From an uncultured Candidatus Saccharibacteria bacterium (lineage in GTDB: Bacteria > Patescibacteriota > Minisyncoccia > Phycocordibacterales > UBA2100), in the NCBI GenBank assembly GCA_964398775.1, contig CAYNND010000006.1, forward strand, positions 3,890 to 67,889: a stretch of 64,000 bases of DNA. The letters are read 5' to 3'. Shown in pieces: positions 55,914 to 64,000 of this stretch. Under the pieces are notes generated by a model that saw only the letters and a program-made list of their open reading frames with translations, was not told where the DNA came from and did not search any database. A program made the position numbers and the translations under genes. Position 1 is the stretch's first letter. Every line of letters begins with the position of its first letter.

Positions 55914-55954
55914 TGCTGGGTTGCGTTTTACGGCGCAGCTCGTACACTTAGGGT

Positions 55955-56407
55955 ATGTATATCAACAAAGTCATTATCTACGGTAACCTCACTCGAGACC
56001 CAGAGCTCAAAGCACTTCCAAGTGGCAGCCACGTTGCAACATTTTCTGTTGCGACAAACCGCGTCTACAAGGATGCGCAGGGTGCCCGCCAAGAATCAAC
56101 TGATTATCACAACATTGTGGTATTCGGTCGACAGGCTGAGACTGCAGCGCAGTACCTGAAGAAGGGTGCAGGTGTGTTTATTGAAGGCCGACTCCAGACC
56201 CGTTCATGGGATAAGGACGGACAGAAGCAGTACCGCACTGAGATAGTGGCAGATAGAGTTCAATTCGGACCAAAGGGTGGTGTCTCAGGTGGTGCAAAGT
56301 CACAGAGCATCGCAGGCGATGAAGAAGCTGAGCCGACACCAAAGGGCCCGAAGAATGAAATTGCATACCCAGAAGACGAGATAAACCCAGACGACATACC
56401 GTTCTAA
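55955..56407 (+). CDS. ssb: single-stranded DNA-binding protein
   Basis: OB-fold N-terminus MYINKVIIYGNLTRDPEL. Gly-rich linker. Acidic tip ending DDIPF. 150 aa. Confidence 0.95.
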   Translation: MYINKVIIYGNLTRDPELKALPSGSHVATFSVATNRVYKDAQGARQESTDYHNIVVFGRQAETAAQYLKKGAGVFIEGRLQTRSWDKDGQKQYRTEIVADRVQFGPKGGVSGGAKSQSIAGDEEAEPTPKGPKNEIAYPEDEINPDDIPF

Positions 56408-56430
56408 ACATTTACCACTAAACTCGTATC

Positions 56431-56628
56431 ATGGCCGACTATTTCACAACGCATAACGTTCAGTTCATCGACTACAAGGATATCGAAATCCTTAAGAAAT
56501 TCATTGACCCACACGGCCGCATCATCAACCGTCGCCGCAGTGGACTGTCAGCGAAGCACCAGCGCCAGCTCACAGAAGCTATCAAGCGCGCACGATTCAT
56601 GGGACTCATCCCATTCATCATGTCGTAA
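56431..56628 (+). CDS. rpsR: 30S ribosomal protein S18
   Basis: FIDYKDIEILKKFIDPHGRIINRRRSGLSAKHQRQLTEAIKRARFMGLIPF. 65 aa. Confidence 0.95.
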   Translation: MADYFTTHNVQFIDYKDIEILKKFIDPHGRIINRRRSGLSAKHQRQLTEAIKRARFMGLIPFIMS

Positions 56629-56644
56629 CTCCTCTTGGAGACAC

Positions 56645-56677
56645 TAAAAAACCCCGAGCATGCTCGGGGTTTTTTGT
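56645..56677. terminator. bidirectional intrinsic terminator
   Basis: aaaaaACCCCGAGCAtGCTCGGGGTtttttg, between convergent rpsR and the 56693-57160 gene. Confidence 0.7.
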
Positions 56678-56692
56678 TGAACGAAAAGGGGA

Positions 56693-57160
56693 TTATGCCT
56701 TCGGATTCTTCATGTATCCTGCAGCTGCACCAGCGAGTACAGTAGTACCGACGCTAATCCAGAATGCGATGTTTGAAAGGATGCCAGTCAAGAATGGACC
56801 AATTTGGTCAGTCTGACCTTGGACAACAGCCTGCGGCACGATTTGTATGAGTGTAATTGCCATACTCATGACCGCGAAGAATGCTCCAAGGATAAGGCCA
56901 TTCTCCCAGCCAGCCTTCTGGTGAGAGAAGTACCAGAGAGCAGTGTAGTAGACAACAGCTGCTGCGATAGCAAGTGTAACTACCTGACCAATCATGTCAG
57001 GACTAGGAAGCTTTGAGATGATGAATCCCAAGATGCCACCCAAGATACCGATAATTGCGTTGTTGAATGCGTATGCTGCAAATCCAGCTTTAAGTGCTTT
57101 AACGAAGTTGAGTTCCACGATTAATATGTTAACTGATAACGTGTTCAGTAAGTATATCAT
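56693..57160 (-). CDS. hypothetical 4-TM membrane protein
   Basis: 155 aa, 4 hydrophobic helices. Confidence 0.45.
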   Translation of the reverse strand: MIYLLNTLSVNILIVELNFVKALKAGFAAYAFNNAIIGILGGILGFIISKLPSPDMIGQVVTLAIAAAVVYYTALWYFSHQKAGWENGLILGAFFAVMSMAITLIQIVPQAVVQGQTDQIGPFLTGILSNIAFWISVGTTVLAGAAAGYMKNPKA

Positions 57161-57249
57161 GCACAGAATGAGACGTGAATAACTCCATGTGTTCTTTTCC
57201 CCATACGCAAAAGCGCCCTGTTGGGCGCTTTTGGTGGGGTATAAACAGC

Positions 57250-57828
57250 TTATTTTGCTTTCGTGACACGCTCAACGTACTCACCATTTGTGGTGTTTAC
57301 TCTGATCACGTCACCTGTCTCAATGAAGAGCGGGGTAGAGACTGTCGCACCTGTCTCGACAGTGACGTTTTTGTTGCCGCCCTGTGCTGTGTCGCCCTTG
57401 ATGTTTGGGGGAGCTTCTGTGACTTTGAGGTCAACTTTCACTGGCATTTTCATCGCGAAGATGTTTTCTTCGTATGACATCATTTCAACTTCCATGTTCG
57501 GAAGGAGATACTGACCTTGGTCGCCAATAACATCGTCGTCAAGTTTGAAGCGGTTACCAGCATTTTTTGGATCACAGAACCACCACTCACCATTACGGTT
57601 ATAGATAAATTTACCAGGAAGTGTTTCAATCTCAGCAGCGTCAGCCTTATCTGTCTGCTGGAACGTATGTTCGATGACTGACCCGGTAATGAGGTTCTTC
57701 AGCTTAGTCTGGTTGACCGGCTTGCGCATCTGCTTTCTAAAAATCCATGAAGAGAGTACCACATATGGCTCATCGTCATGAACAATAACTTTCTTTGGTA
57801 AGATTTCGTTGTATTCAAGCATTGACAT
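57250..57828 (-). CDS. efp: elongation factor P
   Basis: KOW-like N-terminus (VVLSSWIFRKQMRKPVNQTKLKNLITGSVIEHTF). OB domains with C-terminus ...TGATVSTPLFIETGDVIRVNT. Start set to the internal Met, giving about 192 aa. Confidence 0.8.
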   Translation of the reverse strand: MSMLEYNEILPKKVIVHDDEPYVVLSSWIFRKQMRKPVNQTKLKNLITGSVIEHTFQQTDKADAAEIETLPGKFIYNRNGEWWFCDPKNAGNRFKLDDDVIGDQGQYLLPNMEVEMMSYEENIFAMKMPVKVDLKVTEAPPNIKGDTAQGGNKNVTVETGATVSTPLFIETGDVIRVNTTNGEYVERVTKAK

Positions 57829-57872
57829 AATGGTCGTGAGTATACCTACAGGGATTACAAAAGGCAATGACC

Positions 57873-58940
57873 CTACTCATCACCACCCGATGGGGCAGCA
57901 ACAGTTGTGAGAGAAGCCTTGATCTTCTCAAGCAGGTCTTGCGCCTCAGGTTTATGTTCTCGAAGCCATGTGCGTGCTGCATCGTACCCGCGTCCAAGTT
58001 TGAACTCACCAGCTTCATATGAACCAGAAGATGACTTCTTCACAAAACCAAATTTCTCACCAAGTGCGAGGAGCTCACCTTCTCGAGAGATACCTTCGTT
58101 GTACATAAGGTCGTACTCACTTTGTCGGAATGGGGCAGCGACCTTGTTCTTCACAATCTTTGCTCGGTGCCGACCTCCCATGATTTCATCGCCTTTCTTA
58201 ATCTGTGCGATACGGCGAACGTCGATGCGCACTGAGGTGTAGAACTTGAGCGCCTTGCCACCTGGTGTTGTCTCAGGGTTACCAAACATGACACCGATTT
58301 GCATACGGATTTGGTTGATGAAGATAACAACAGTCTTAGTTTTAGAAACAATTGCAGTGAGCTTGCGAAGCGCCTGACTCATAAGTCGCGCTTGCTTTCC
58401 GACATGCTGCGCACCCATGTCTCCTTCGATTTCGTCTTTCGGAGTAAGAGCAGCAACTGAATCGATGACAATTACATCCATCTTTCCAGAACGAACAAGC
58501 GACTCGACGATTTCAAGCGCCTGCTCACCAGTATCAGGTTGTGAGATGAGGAGCTCGTTGATGTTCACGCCGATTTTTGCTGAGTACTCCGGATCCATTG
58601 CGTGCTCTGCGTCAATGAATGCACAGACACCACCTTTTTTTTGTGCTTCCGCGACTACATGCAGCGCGAGTGTTGTCTTACCAGATGATTCAGGCCCGTA
58701 AATTTCAACGATACGTCCGCGGGGAAGTCCGCCAATGCCGAGTGCCCAGTCGATACCGATTGAGCCTGTCGAGATAGCATCAACATCAACCTTCGGCCGC
58801 TCGTTAAGTCGCATGATTGCCTCATCGCCAAAGCGACTCTTGATATCAGCAATCGTCGATTCTACCGCATGACCAGCACTTCCTGATTTTGTCCCAACAG
58901 TTTTCGGTGCAGCATCTTTTTTCTTTTTTTGCATTGCCAT
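57873..58940 (-). CDS. recA: recombinase RecA
   Basis: Walker [11 protein letters not shown]1/L2 loops. ...[29 protein letters not shown]. 355 aa. Confidence 0.95.
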   Translation of the reverse strand: MAMQKKKKDAAPKTVGTKSGSAGHAVESTIADIKSRFGDEAIMRLNERPKVDVDAISTGSIGIDWALGIGGLPRGRIVEIYGPESSGKTTLALHVVAEAQKKGGVCAFIDAEHAMDPEYSAKIGVNINELLISQPDTGEQALEIVESLVRSGKMDVIVIDSVAALTPKDEIEGDMGAQHVGKQARLMSQALRKLTAIVSKTKTVVIFINQIRMQIGVMFGNPETTPGGKALKFYTSVRIDVRRIAQIKKGDEIMGGRHRAKIVKNKVAAPFRQSEYDLMYNEGISREGELLALGEKFGFVKKSSSGSYEAGEFKLGRGYDAARTWLREHKPEAQDLLEKIKASLTTVAAPSGGDE

Positions 58941-59030
58941 GGTGATGATGTTCTAAACAAATAATAGTGACCTACGACAAGTGTGAGTATGTCTTTGACG
59001 GAGGTTCTGTTCGGTATTGTATCGACTCTT

Positions 59031-59429
59031 CTAGGGGTTGTCTATTGGTGGAGTTTCGGGTGTTTCAGGTGCTGTGGGTGCTGGCTCTGGTTGGGGGACA
59101 TGGTAGACATGTATGTGTTCTTCGTATGTCGAACCAAACCTATCCGATGCTTCGATGATGAATGTGTTGTCTCCCTCGACAAGCGCTGTTGTAAATCCAA
59201 ATGCCCCTTCGGTCGTGAGTGGAATTGAAAGTGAGTTAATGGTCACCATTTCTGCGCGCACAGCAGTTCCACTAATCGTAACGACAGGCGCTGCAACAGG
59301 TGACGGGATAGGAACGATCGTGACATGCGGCCCGCGGAGTGCGTTTCGCAAAGCAAATCCACTATAGAGAATCACACCACCGAAGATGAGGAGAAAGACA
59401 AGTCGTCGTATCAGTCGTTGTAAGTGCAT
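59031..59429 (-). CDS. hypothetical membrane-anchored protein
   Basis: 132 aa. N-terminal TM LVFLLIFGGVILY. Pro/Glu-rich C-terminus. Confidence 0.45.
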   Translation of the reverse strand: MHLQRLIRRLVFLLIFGGVILYSGFALRNALRGPHVTIVPIPSPVAAPVVTISGTAVRAEMVTINSLSIPLTTEGAFGFTTALVEGDNTFIIEASDRFGSTYEEHIHVYHVPQPEPAPTAPETPETPPIDNP

Positions 59430-59431
59430 AC

Positions 59432-61795
59432 TTATGATTCATCAGATGACTGTTCACTCTGCTGAGCGCCGATGACCTCACGAGGTTTTGCTCCATCTGC
59501 AGGACCGATAACTCCACGCTGTTCGAGTATGTCCATTAGGCGGGCAGCACGAGAATATCCGACGCGGAGTTTTCGTTGTAGATATGAAGTCGATGCCTTG
59601 CCAGCTTCCATGACAGCAGCTTTTGCATCTTCGTACATATCATCATCGCCACTGTCTTCACCCATCCCGCCTGAGAGTGCTGCCTCAGGTATGCCACCGA
59701 GACTTGCATCACCCGCACCTTCTGCAGTGAAGCCAAACGTAATATCGTCAGGGAGCCTCGACTCAAATTCTTTTGCGAGATACTTTACGATTGCCTTGAG
59801 TTCAGTCTCAGAAATGTACGGTGCTTGTATACGGACCGGCTTACTCATTTCTCCAGAGAGGTACAACATATCACCAGCTCCAAGCAAGTTCTCCGCGCCA
59901 CCCATATCAAGGATAGTTCGTGAATCAATTTGCGACGCAACCTGAAGCGCGATACGCGCAGGAATGTTTGCCTTAATGAGTCCGGTGATGACTTTCACTG
60001 ATGGGCGTTGCGTTGCGATAACAAGGTGTATACCAACAGCACGTGACATCTGCGCAAGACGTACGATAGCAGCCTCAAGTTCTCGTGGGTATGTTTGCAT
60101 GAGGTCAGCCAATTCATCGATAACAGTCACGATGTACGGCATTGCTTCAGGGAGTTGTTCTTCAGGTGAGGAAGCAACTTCGTCGCCAGTACCACTGTTG
60201 TCCTTTACTTGTATGTCCTTTACATCAGATTTCGCTTTCTTTGCAAGAGCAGGGTAATAGATATTCTGGTGGTACGAAGAAATGTCTCTAACGCTTTCTG
60301 CTTCAAGGACACTATAGCGTCTATCCATTTCTTTCGTGAGCCACTTCAAAGACAGTACTGCTTTCTTTGGGTCAGTTATGACTGGAGTAAGAAGATGTGG
60401 AATTTCATTATACACAGTGAGCTCAACTCGTTTCGGGTCAATCATGACAAAGCGAAGTTGGTCTGGTCCTGACCGATAGAGTAGGGAGACGATAAGGTCA
60501 TGAATTGTAACGGACTTTCCAGAACCTGTAGCACCAGCGATGAGTACATGCGGCATCTTTGCGAGGTTCGCGTAGTGTGCTGTCCCTGATATGTCCGAAC
60601 CGAGGGCAATCATCAATGGCTTCTTCGGATCTTTAAATTCGTCATTTGAAAGAATGCTCCCCATACCGAGCATTGTGCGTGATTGATTCGGTACTTCGAT
60701 TCCGACAAGTGCTTTTCCTGGTATTGGTGCTTCGATGCGAACAGGGGATGCAGCGAGCGCGAGTTCGAGGTTATTCTGGAGTGATACGATTCGTGAGAGG
60801 CGGACACCTTCAGCAGGCTTCAGTGCAAAACGAGTTACTGATGGTCCGATAGAAACTTCGTCCATTTCAACATCGATACCAAAGTTTTGAAGGGTACGTT
60901 TTATGATGTTTGCATTCGCCTTCACATCACCAACTGTTGGCTTGCCTTTGTTCTTTTCAAGAAGAGAAAGTGGGGGTGGTGTATAGTCGCGAAGAGGTTG
61001 AGTAAGGACAGGTATGACTGCCGCTTCCTCGTCTGCTACTTTGACTTGTTTTGCTCCACGTGTTCGTGGGCGTTCTGCTTCTTCTGATGGGACCTCCTCA
61101 GGGATATCTGCGACTGGTATCTCTGCCTCAGGTTCTGAAAGGTGTGATGAAATCTCGAGTGACTCAATGTCGTCCACTTCCTCGTCAGGGCGTGCGGTAA
61201 ACCATGATGGGAGTTTGAGTTGTGTATCAAAGATCAACATCAACGAGATAGTAATAAGAGCTAAGAGTAAGGTGACTGTTGCGGGGATTGCGATTGCTGC
61301 AATGAGGGGGTTTGTGACAACTGAGCCGACGAGGCCGCCACTCTTTGGAGAGATGGTGTGTATGAGAGAAAGGGAAGCAAAAAAGAAAATTCCAGTACCG
61401 ATGCCGCGCCAAAATGCTACACGCTGGGTGATGTCCTTAAAGAGAGCGACAGACCATAAGCAGAGTGAGACTGGTATGAGGGCGTAGCCAGTGCCAAAGA
61501 GGTATGTCAGGAACCCAAAGACAAGCTCACCGACATATCCTGCAAGACTAAATCCAGCAAGGGTGAAGAAGGTAGCAAACGCAAGGCATGCGACACCAGC
61601 TATGCCTCGTTTTGTCTGATCACGGAGCGCAGCTCGCTTCTCTTGCTGTACCTCCTTTGCGCTTTTACGTTTCTGTATCTTCCTTCGTCGCAAGCGCGGC
61701 TCTCCGACTTCATCAACGTCAGGCTCATCATGGATAATAGGGGGAAGTGGACTCTCCTTTAGTTTCGGTTCTGCACCTTTCTTTTTCTCAGCCAT
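59432..61795 (-). CDS. ftsK: DNA translocase FtsK/SpoIIIE
   Basis: 4-5 N-terminal TM helices. Walker A GATGSGKS. C-terminal gamma wHTH ...ASTSYLQRKLRVGYSRAARLMDILEQRGVIGP. Start set to the internal Met (MAEKKKG...). Confidence 0.9.
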   Translation of the reverse strand: MAEKKKGAEPKLKESPLPPIIHDEPDVDEVGEPRLRRRKIQKRKSAKEVQQEKRAALRDQTKRGIAGVACLAFATFFTLAGFSLAGYVGELVFGFLTYLFGTGYALIPVSLCLWSVALFKDITQRVAFWRGIGTGIFFFASLSLIHTISPKSGGLVGSVVTNPLIAAIAIPATVTLLLALITISLMLIFDTQLKLPSWFTARPDEEVDDIESLEISSHLSEPEAEIPVADIPEEVPSEEAERPRTRGAKQVKVADEEAAVIPVLTQPLRDYTPPPLSLLEKNKGKPTVGDVKANANIIKRTLQNFGIDVEMDEVSIGPSVTRFALKPAEGVRLSRIVSLQNNLELALAASPVRIEAPIPGKALVGIEVPNQSRTMLGMGSILSNDEFKDPKKPLMIALGSDISGTAHYANLAKMPHVLIAGATGSGKSVTIHDLIVSLLYRSGPDQLRFVMIDPKRVELTVYNEIPHLLTPVITDPKKAVLSLKWLTKEMDRRYSVLEAESVRDISSYHQNIYYPALAKKAKSDVKDIQVKDNSGTGDEVASSPEEQLPEAMPYIVTVIDELADLMQTYPRELEAAIVRLAQMSRAVGIHLVIATQRPSVKVITGLIKANIPARIALQVASQIDSRTILDMGGAENLLGAGDMLYLSGEMSKPVRIQAPYISETELKAIVKYLAKEFESRLPDDITFGFTAEGAGDASLGGIPEAALSGGMGEDSGDDDMYEDAKAAVMEAGKASTSYLQRKLRVGYSRAARLMDILEQRGVIGPADGAKPREVIGAQQSEQSSDES

Positions 61796-61960
61796 ATAGG
61801 GTGTATTGTAGCCTGAGAATAGGAAGCATGCATGCGACAAAACACAGGAAAGAGACAGGGAGGTAGCGAGCTGTTGCATATGGGACAGTCACAGTGTAGT
61901 GTGTCCCTATAGAGACAAGGACAGCTCAGATTCCATCCGAAAATAATCTAAAGGACATAT

Positions 61961-62782
61961 ATGAATCAAGTACAAAAAAATATAGACAAGTCTGAAAGTT
62001 ATATACGACAAAATGAGGTTGCAAATCCATTCGGTCAAAATGTCTCTTCGGCACTTCTCTATAAAAAGATTGAAAGAATCGTTGTCGCTACTACATACAT
62101 ACTTGCACAGATAAAAGACAATCAAACATTGCGCGACGAGGTGCAGGTAATTAATTCCCAGCTCCTCAAAGACGCAATTGTCCTTAAAGATGGATTTCGT
62201 GCGTCGGGTCAGAAGAAAACGAGTGGACTCCTTGGAACACTTCGCATGCTCATGACATACACAGATATACTTCGCGCATCAGGGTATATATCAGATAGTA
62301 ATCTTGAATTGCTGAAGGCTGCGTGTGGTCGTGTTGTTACTTTCGTACAATCCTCAGAGCAGTCACCACTCGCAGAAGCGCACGTGCTGGCCGAAGATTT
62401 GTTAGGTAAAGGACATGAGTATGTCCGAGAGGTTTCAGGTGAACAAGGAGTTGAGCGAGCAGAAAAGAGTGTCCCGTACATTGATGACGTCCCTGTACCT
62501 CGAATTTCGAAGCCCATGAGTGAAGTAAAGCAAAAGCAACATGCTGGTGGTGCAGGAAAGGCTCCTGCAAAGCAGGTATATACACCAAAGGGTAATAATG
62601 AGCGCAGAGGGGCGTTGCTTGCAGTCATTGATAGTCGTGGTGCAGTCACAATTCGCGACTTGGTCTCTGTAGTCCCCGACATTAGTGAGAAGACTATCCA
62701 GCGTGAACTGCAGGCGATGATAGTTGATGGACTGCTTAAGAAAGAAGGGGACCGTCGCTGGACGACCTATAGCCGAGTATAG
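61961..62782 (+). CDS. hypothetical protein with a C-terminal winged-helix-like segment
   Basis: 273 aa. C-terminus ...TIRDLVSVVPDISEKTIQRELQAMIVDGLLKKEGDRRWTTY is wHTH-like. Confidence 0.45.
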   Translation: MNQVQKNIDKSESYIRQNEVANPFGQNVSSALLYKKIERIVVATTYILAQIKDNQTLRDEVQVINSQLLKDAIVLKDGFRASGQKKTSGLLGTLRMLMTYTDILRASGYISDSNLELLKAACGRVVTFVQSSEQSPLAEAHVLAEDLLGKGHEYVREVSGEQGVERAEKSVPYIDDVPVPRISKPMSEVKQKQHAGGAGKAPAKQVYTPKGNNERRGALLAVIDSRGAVTIRDLVSVVPDISEKTIQRELQAMIVDGLLKKEGDRRWTTYSRV

Positions 62783-63150
62783 ACTTGACCGGTAGCCTCC
62801 TGTGCTGGAAACTGCGTGACTAAGGACCACTCCAGGACCTGCCTACAGGGCTCCTTGACACACCATCCATGCATGTTCTTGTATGTTGTTCGGAAAGACC
62901 AAGTTTGACTATACGTCTATATATTTGTATCCTTATGGAACCGGTTAGCGACTGGTTTGAGCCATTTCTAGAGGGGATACCTTTGGAGTGGTTTATTCGC
63001 GTAGCATATCGGTTGTCCACAAAGCCAGAGTAAACTTTGGTTTAGGGTAGAAAAACGTACTACAATAGTAGTGCGCTCTATCTATCAAGACAGGGCACAA
63101 CGTTCTTTGAAAACTAAATAGAGAATAAAAAAGCACGCTGTGCTCTGGAC

Positions 63151-63175
63151 TTGTTCCAGTTTTTCCGTTCGACTG
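63151..63175 (+). terminator. candidate intrinsic terminator inside a long non-coding gap
   Basis: CTGGActtgtTCCAGttttt, preceded by a second hairpin AGCACgctGTGCT. Confidence 0.35.
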
Positions 63176-63486
63176 ATTTTGTCCCACAATGGCGTAAGCC
63201 CACATACATACTATATGTATGGAGTCCTGCATCTCCGAAAGACACATTCATTCTTGTCAGCTACCCTTTCACACATTTCGTCTCACTCGCTCATGCAAGT
63301 GAGTGAGTGGAGTCAGTGGGAGGTGAGTTGTTGCAAATGGCTCGGTGCGTCAGATACACAGAGTCACTTGTATGTGCATGCCGTCGATACGTATGCACAA
63401 GCTCGGGCAACCGAGTTTACCAAATCGTGTTTATCAATTTTACAAAAGGGTGACGCGCAAGCGTTACTCCAAAATTATTCTGTATA

Positions 63487-64000
63487 TGAGTATCACAAAG
63501 ATCGCAGCTGCGGTCGCGGGTATTACACTCGCAGCTCTTGCTTCAACAGCAAGCGCACAGACCACAACTTGCTATTCGTTCACACTTAACCACAAGCTCG
63601 GCAACGTAGGTGGTGAAGTCATGATGGTTCAGAAGTTCCTCAACATGTCAGCAGCAACACAGGTTGCAGCAACAGGTGCAGGTTCAGCTGGCCTCGAGAC
63701 TACACGCTTCGGAGGTCTCACAAAGGCTGCTGTAGCAAAGTTCCAGGCTGCTAACGGTGTTTCACCGGTATCAGGTTACTGGGGCCCGCTTACACGAGCA
63801 AAGGCAAATGCACTTGAGGCAGCTCGCTGTGCAAACAACAACAACAGCAACAACAACACAACACCAGCAACTGGTGATGCGACACTTGCTGCTGCACCAC
63901 AGCCAGGTAACTCACTTGCACCAGCAGGTGCTGCTCGCGTACCGTTCACTAAGTTCACAGTTACAGCAGGTTCAACTGCAGTTACATTGAACTCAGTAAC
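63487..64000 (+). CDS. secreted protein with a putative peptidoglycan-binding domain. 3'-partial: it runs off the window.
   Basis: Open frame from the ATG at 63487 to the window end, absent from the ORF track because it has no stop. Signal peptide MSITKIAAAVAGITLAALASTASA. LGNVGGEVMMVQKFLN...GLTKAAVAKFQAANGVSPVSGYWGPLT is PG_binding_1-like. Asn-rich linker. Confidence 0.6.

Noticed and set aside
62972-63010. tmRNA 5'-end-like GGGGAUACCUUUGGAGUGGUUUAUUCGCG
   Set aside because: No downstream tRNA-like T-arm/CCA within 450 nt.
1-64000. Mobile elements, prophage, or CRISPR
   Set aside because: No transposase, integrase, capsid or terminase, no Cas genes or repeat-spacer arrays. The S74-domain gene is the only phage-like feature and it lacks any phage context.

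Overview
This 64 kb window is a gene-dense segment of a mid-GC (about 50%) bacterial chromosome that uses the standard genetic code. It carries about 75 genes; most are housekeeping, and I found no transposase, integrase, CRISPR array or rRNA.

Recognisable content:
- A complete tryptophan operon, trpE-G-D-F-C-B-A, on the minus strand (9537-15947). It is preceded by what reads as a Trp-specific T-box riboswitch leader.
- Four aminoacyl-tRNA synthetase genes: argS, ileS, glyQS and metG.
- The secE-nusG-rplK and rpsF-ssb-rpsR clusters.
- recA, efp and ftsK.
- A thymidylate-synthesis module (dCMP deaminase, thyA, dcd, folA) followed by a MazG-like NTP pyrophosphatase and three GNAT acetyltransferases.
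- tRNA-His, Hsp20, TatD, SppA, RsmE, a patatin-like lipase and an RRM RNA-binding protein.

The most unusual part is a same-strand cluster at 20475-27702. A Cys-repeat, Trp-repeat secreted protein is followed by five paralogous secreted proteins. They share a conserved N-terminal module of about 80 aa (AWTGPxAAPPGNN...NFGNTTGSxGFGxRNNGG) but carry different C-terminal domains. One paralog ends in a phage tail-fibre-type S74 intramolecular-chaperone domain. Two have a C1q/TNF-like motif. Small membrane-anchored proline-rich proteins are interleaved with them. This looks like a polymorphic trimeric surface-fibre or adhesin system outside any phage context.

Many other large Sec-secreted, low-complexity or peptidoglycan-binding envelope proteins are present. 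Three unusually long non-coding gaps (815-1330, 28600-29100, 62790-63490) have strong secondary-structure signals and may hold ncRNAs I could not classify by eye. All protein calls rest on motif recognition in the supplied translations, with no database search.
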